Source of the DNA: Octopus sinensis | Taxonomy: Eukaryota | DNA length: 64,000 nucleotides | Assembly (NCBI RefSeq): GCF_006345805.1 | Contig: NC_043018.1 | Location: forward strand, 21,018,001-21,082,000 | Direction of reading: 5' to 3' | In this document: one piece after another, positions 62,301-64,000 of the stretch | Layout of the letters: each line of letters starts with the position of its first letter | How positions within the stretch are numbered: the first letter of the stretch is position 1 | Notes under the pieces: model-generated | Seen by the model: the letters and a program-made list of their open reading frames with translations, nothing else | Databases searched by the model: none | What the model was told of the DNA's origin: nothing | Position numbers and translations under genes: made by a program

Positions 62301-63060
62301 TTGTAGTTCAGTTGTTGTCATATATGTGTTTGTAATTAGTTTTTAGAATTTAAGTTTTCTTTGCATTAACATAACTGTTTACTAACAAAATGACATTGCT
62401 ACTCAATACATATCTTTGAGTATTTGTATGCTTGGTTATGTGTTCCTTCAAAAACTGGCATTCTGCCGATTATGATGATAAGTGTTTCAGTCGATCCGAT
62501 CAATGGAACAGTCTGCTCATGAAATTAACGAGCAAGTGGCTGAGCACTCCACACACACATACACATACACTTAACGTAGTTGTCAGGGAGATTCAGCATG
62601 ACACAGTGTGACAAGGCTGGCTCTTTGAAATACAGGTTCAATTCATTTTTGCCAGCTGAGTGGACTGGAGCAATGTGAAATAAAGTGTCTTGTTTAAGGA
62701 CACAATGCATCACAGGGAATTGAACTCTTGACCTCATGAACATGAGCTGAATACCCCTGAACACTTAGTCACATGCCTTCAGATCAGTTTTAAAGGGGTC
62801 ACCTTGAAGAGATCAGTATGAACAACTTAGAAATACCTGGTTATTTTATTATTAATAATTATTATCTTAGAGGATTTTAGTTTTTAATTTTTATCCCTGT
62901 CTTTTAAAATTTGTTTTGTACACAAATAATAAATCAATGTGGAGTTAATTTTTTTTTTTAAATCTTGCTTTTTCTTCTAGTTGGTGCTTTCTACCCTCGT
63001 TTTTACAACTTGGGTCCCACAGAACTGCACATGCAAGATACACCAAAGGTAGATGGTCTG
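16815..63060 (+). CDS. UBR4: E3 ubiquitin ligase UBR4 (p600/poe), 5' part: exons 1-20, 937 codons, continues beyond the window
   Basis: 20 GT-AG exons join in frame (2811 nt). Motifs [122 protein letters not shown] and PRFY are collinear with the UBR4 N-terminal region as recalled. Confidence 0.96.
17345..19310. repeat. AT-rich satellite, 166/176/178-bp units, about 11-12 copies
   Basis: ca(t/c)tctacag anchors at 17511, 17677, 17855, 18033, 18199, 18377, 18543, 18719, 18895, 19071, 19291. Confidence 0.95.
20391..20575. mobile_element. Short fold-back element between (TA)n arrays, possibly a Penelope-like terminus
   Basis: Perfect 30-bp inverted repeat 20391-20420/20474-20503 around a hammerhead-like core; (TA)n on both sides. 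Confidence 0.5.
20575..21060. repeat. Compound minisatellite: cacgtattctatgtagatgtttgtg + (TG)n(TA)n, about 6 copies
   Basis: Anchors near 20605, 20703, 20782, 20863, 20935, 21012; the unit length varies with the microsatellite. Confidence 0.9.
22603..23144. mobile_element. hAT (Charlie-like) MITE with expanded internal (TA)n
   Basis: TIRs cagtgtctctcaacc / ggttgagaaacactg; flanking 8-mers aactagtg / ctctagtg (6/8 match). Confidence 0.75.
24060..24260 (+). mobile_element. Young RTE-type 3' end (family B), sense orientation
   Basis: ggttggcgttaggaagggcatccagctgtagaaac...ggacgttaaacgatgatgatgat. Confidence 0.8.
24560..25520 (-). pseudogene. Decayed Merlin (IS1595/IS1016-like) DDE transposase, split by a SINE
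   Basis: Minus strand, across frameshifts: SIRGSFF; [13 protein letters not shown]; IGRNGLRVE; HGRYQEGSW...VEHSS...VLVPVP; ILSGMCII; [14 protein letters not shown]...[10 protein letters not shown]. These match Merlin motifs as recalled. Confidence 0.7.
24764..24951 (-). mobile_element. SINE family C, 5'-truncated, 14-bp TSD
   Basis: TSD agcagttataatac at 24750-24763 and 24952-24965. Confidence 0.9.
26165..26925 (-). mobile_element. SINE family A split at its microsatellite by an RTE 3' fragment (about 26418-26745)
   Basis: The 3' half, (TA)n, RTE tail reading [10 protein letters not shown], then the 5' half. Confidence 0.7.
27698..29240 (+). mobile_element. SINE family A halves flanking a 1.1-kb RTE LINE fragment (about 27850-28995: RT C-terminus with PHD insert and 3'UTR)
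   Basis: [12 protein letters not shown]4HC3 finger, [24 protein letters not shown]...[27 protein letters not shown], then the family B tail. Confidence 0.85.
30409..30795 (+). mobile_element. SINE family A
   Basis: High identity to 12601-12997 with a small deletion. Confidence 0.85.
31403..31665 (-). mobile_element. Young family B RTE 3' end
   Basis: (CAT)n then conserved block and subrepeats. Confidence 0.8.
31898..32223 (-). mobile_element. SINE family D, body variant 1, full-length
   Basis: Minus strand head gtgaaggcgcgtggcttagtggttaggg...gagttcgattccc (A and B boxes); related copies at about 3875-4100 and 62470-62780. Confidence 0.85.
32551..32648 (+). CDS. UBR4: UBR4 exon 2
   Basis: ttccag; [27 protein letters not shown]; gtaagt. 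Confidence 0.93.
32957..33340 (-). mobile_element. Young family B RTE 3' end with 3-4 subrepeats of about 62 bp
   Basis: ggtgctttttacgtgccacc at about 33122, 33186 and 33248. Confidence 0.8.
33634..33854. mobile_element. piggyBac-type MITE, subfamily 2
   Basis: TTAA|cccttt ... aaaggg|TTAA; homologous to 46912-47124. Confidence 0.8.
34655..35235 (+). mobile_element. CR1-clade LINE, 5'-truncated ORF2 C-terminus and 3' end
   Basis: [13 protein letters not shown]...[39 protein letters not shown]...RGHSEKL*..FSVRV...NKLP; only two stops; (TAAC)n tail. Confidence 0.9.
35531..35634 (+). CDS. UBR4: UBR4 exon 3
   Basis: tttcag; [34 protein letters not shown]; gtaaga. Confidence 0.9.
37886..38117 (+). 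mobile_element. SINE family C, full-length, 15-bp TSD
   Basis: TSD attatctacccccag at 37871-37885 and 38118-38132; the central tttcatcctttcggggtcga..aagtacc resembles the Meta/Sauria-type SINE domain as recalled. Confidence 0.9.
38536..38756. mobile_element. piggyBac-type MITE, subfamily 1 (221 bp)
   Basis: TTAA|CCCTTTAG ... CTAAAGGG|TTAA; near-identical to 61301-61522; older copies at about 30100, 50390 and 52372. Confidence 0.88.
40950..41830 (-). mobile_element. Decayed Tc1 (DD34E) transposase
   Basis: Minus strand GRVWVWR...[16 protein letters not shown]; FIEDEDPCH...[11 protein letters not shown] gives D-x34-E. Confidence 0.85.
41993..42122 (+). CDS. UBR4: UBR4 exon 4
   Basis: ttccag; [32 protein letters not shown]; gtttgt. 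Confidence 0.92.
43978..44359 (+). CDS. UBR4: UBR4 exon 5
   Basis: tttcag; ...NIFDQLTSV...[28 protein letters not shown]...ARN; gtaggt. Confidence 0.92.
45390..45790 (+). mobile_element. SINE family A, full-length
   Basis: High identity to 12601; ends about 80 bp before UBR4 exon 6; appears to split a ctaaag|ggttaa MITE end. Confidence 0.85.
45875..46118 (+). CDS. UBR4: UBR4 exon 6
   Basis: tttcag; [28 protein letters not shown]...TIVQKT; gtaagt. Confidence 0.94.
46912..47124. mobile_element. piggyBac-type MITE subfamily 2 inserted into the TTAA of a family B tail
   Basis: ggacgTTAA|ccctttt...aaaaggg|TTAAatgatg. Confidence 0.8.
47804..47863 (+). CDS. UBR4: UBR4 exon 7
   Basis: tacag; [20 protein letters not shown]; gtaagt. 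Confidence 0.92.
49206..49381 (+). CDS. UBR4: UBR4 exon 8
   Basis: tttag; [23 protein letters not shown]...; gtaaga. Confidence 0.92.
49480..49582 (+). CDS. UBR4: UBR4 exon 9
   Basis: ttccag; [30 protein letters not shown]; weak donor AAG|gtctgt chosen because phase 0 fits exon 10. Confidence 0.85.
49850..50200 (-). mobile_element. Possible RTE 5'UTR fragment
   Basis: Minus strand gctcctggtagggccatc...ccagactaa resembles RTE 5' leaders as recalled; GC-rich patch. Confidence 0.35.
50730..50858 (+). CDS. UBR4: UBR4 exon 10
   Basis: tttcag; [10 protein letters not shown]...[12 protein letters not shown]; gttagt. Confidence 0.9.
50987..51113 (+). CDS. UBR4: UBR4 exon 11
   Basis: tttcag; [21 protein letters not shown]; gtttga. 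Confidence 0.95.
52568..53565 (+). mobile_element. Two tandem family A SINEs; the first contains an inverted family A 3' fragment (about 52760-52860)
   Basis: Read directly; the second copy has a deleted head (ggcgcagg|ttccggg). Confidence 0.8.
53650..53840 (+). CDS. UBR4: UBR4 exon 12
   Basis: TAGTAG tandem acceptor (53650 or 53653); [17 protein letters not shown]...RKEPDG; gtgact. Confidence 0.92.
54758..54843 (+). CDS. UBR4: UBR4 exon 13
   Basis: tatag; [19 protein letters not shown]; gtaaag. Confidence 0.9.
55548..55790 (-). mobile_element. SINE family D, body variant 3
   Basis: Same head and central domain as 31898 and 7690, different distal body. Confidence 0.7.
55879..55961 (+). CDS. 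UBR4: UBR4 exon 14
   Basis: tttcag; [21 protein letters not shown]; gttagt. Confidence 0.92.
56365..56610 (-). mobile_element. SINE family C
   Basis: Reverse complement of 37886-38117. Confidence 0.85.
57144..57229 (+). CDS. UBR4: UBR4 exon 15
   Basis: tatag; [26 protein letters not shown]; gtaata. Confidence 0.93.
58046..58292 (+). CDS. UBR4: UBR4 exon 16
   Basis: tctag; LLISLGV...[17 protein letters not shown]...[11 protein letters not shown]; gttagt. Confidence 0.92.
59077..59200 (+). CDS. UBR4: UBR4 exon 17
   Basis: tttcag; [17 protein letters not shown]; gtaaat. Confidence 0.93.
59900..60002 (+). CDS. UBR4: UBR4 exon 18
   Basis: ttgcag; [29 protein letters not shown]; gtaaga. Confidence 0.94.
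60510..60826. mobile_element. Rearranged RTE insertion (3' end minus, RT fragment plus, purine-rich filler) with a 10-bp TSD
   Basis: TSD aaagcaccca at 60500-60509 and 60827-60836; [10 protein letters not shown] on minus; [13 protein letters not shown]...[10 protein letters not shown] on plus. Confidence 0.75.
61301..61522. mobile_element. piggyBac-type MITE, subfamily 1 (222 bp)
   Basis: TTAA TSD and CCCTTTAG/CTAAAGGG TIRs. Confidence 0.88.
61686..61830 (+). CDS. UBR4: UBR4 exon 19
   Basis: gctag; VQWNLFT...[12 protein letters not shown]; gtaggt. Confidence 0.88.
62981..63060 (+). CDS. UBR4: UBR4 exon 20
   Basis: ttctag; [14 protein letters not shown]...KVDGL; gtaagt. Confidence 0.9.
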
Positions 63061-63357
63061 GTAAGTACTTATTTTTTCCTCACTCTTGATTAATCCTTTG
63101 ATAATTTAGTCTTTAATGTTACACATTGCCTCTGTGTGCGTGCATGCGTGTATATATAAAAACGTGTACTGTAAACATTTCTCATCAACATTTTTCTAAA
63201 TCCTATTACATTTCACACGGAATTTTTGATCTTTTGGTTTCAAAGTTTGACTTGTATGCTTGGAAATACAGAACCTTTAAATTATTTTACTTTATACATT
63301 TGTGCATAAAGTAAGATGTTCAAATTTCTGTGGAAGCTTTAATTAATAATTTTTCAT

Positions 63358-63960
63358 GGCTATAGTTAAAAAACTTTGTTACAAAAATTTTGTTTATGTA
63401 CTCATGAAAAATTTATTGAAATTTTTTGCAATAATTTCTGACATTTCTATGATGATAGTGAAAAACTTTCTTACAAAAATTTTATTTATGCATTCATATA
63501 AAGTTTATGGAAATTTTTTGTGAAAATTTCTGACATTCTATGATGATAGTAAAAAACTTTCTTACAAAAATTTTATTTATGCATTCATATAAAGTTTATG
63601 GAAATTTTTTGTGAAAATTCTGACATTTCTATGATGATAGTAAAAAACTTTCTTACAAAAATTTTATTTATGCATTCATATAAAGTTTATGGAAATTTTT
63701 TGTGAAAATTTCTGACATTTCTATGATGATAGTAAAAAACTTTCTTACAAAAATTTTATTTATGCATTCATATAAAGTTTATGGAAATTTTTTGTGAAAA
63801 TTTCTGACATTTCTATGATGATAGTGAAAAACTTTCTTACAAAAATTTTATTTATGCATTCATATAAAGTTTATGGAAATTTTTTGTGAAAATTTCTGAT
63901 ATTTTAACTGTTATAGTTAAAAACTCTGACAAATTTTATTTGTGCATGCATGTAAAATTC
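63358..63960. repeat. 91-92-bp minisatellite, about 6.5 copies
   Basis: gatgatag anchors at 63451, 63542, 63633, 63725, 63817; outer copies are degenerate. Confidence 0.93.
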
Positions 63961-64000
63961 ATTAAGATTTATATAAAAATTTCTTATGCTTTTATTCTTC

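Noticed and set aside
1-64000. Stand-alone ORFs in the supplied track (YI/HT/poly-H repeats, SINE-derived ORFs)
   Set aside because: They come from microsatellites and repeats or are partial read-throughs of real exons; many start at TTG/GTG, which is inappropriate for this eukaryotic locus

Overview
AT-rich, repeat-dense eukaryotic DNA, not prokaryotic. The repeat content resembles an octopus/coleoid cephalopod genome; this is an inference from recalled repeat families. Almost all ORF-track entries are spurious reads through repeats. Two intron-containing + strand genes were rebuilt by hand from GT-AG sites with consistent phases. (1) A complete 8-exon mitochondrial ribosomal protein mS31 gene (MRPS31; 253-12358; 951 nt, 316 aa). 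(2) The first 20 exons (937 codons) of the giant N-recognin E3 ligase UBR4/p600/poe (ATG 16815, continuing past the window), with a 15.6-kb first intron. Introns hold tRNA-headed SINEs (three families), RTE and CR1 LINE relics, TTAA piggyBac-type and hAT MITEs, Helentron-like elements, decayed Tc1, maT and Merlin transposases, and several satellites. Top leads: a tRNA-headed SINE-like element carrying a Penelope-type minimal hammerhead ribozyme motif, present as a head-to-head palindrome (9612-10060); a second hammerhead-like fold inside a perfect 30-bp inverted repeat (20391-20503); a 166/178-bp satellite in UBR4 intron 1 whose unit reads as acceptor + stop + ATTAAA; and a PHD finger inserted inside the RTE reverse transcriptase. 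All coordinates were counted by eye; repeat boundaries are approximate.
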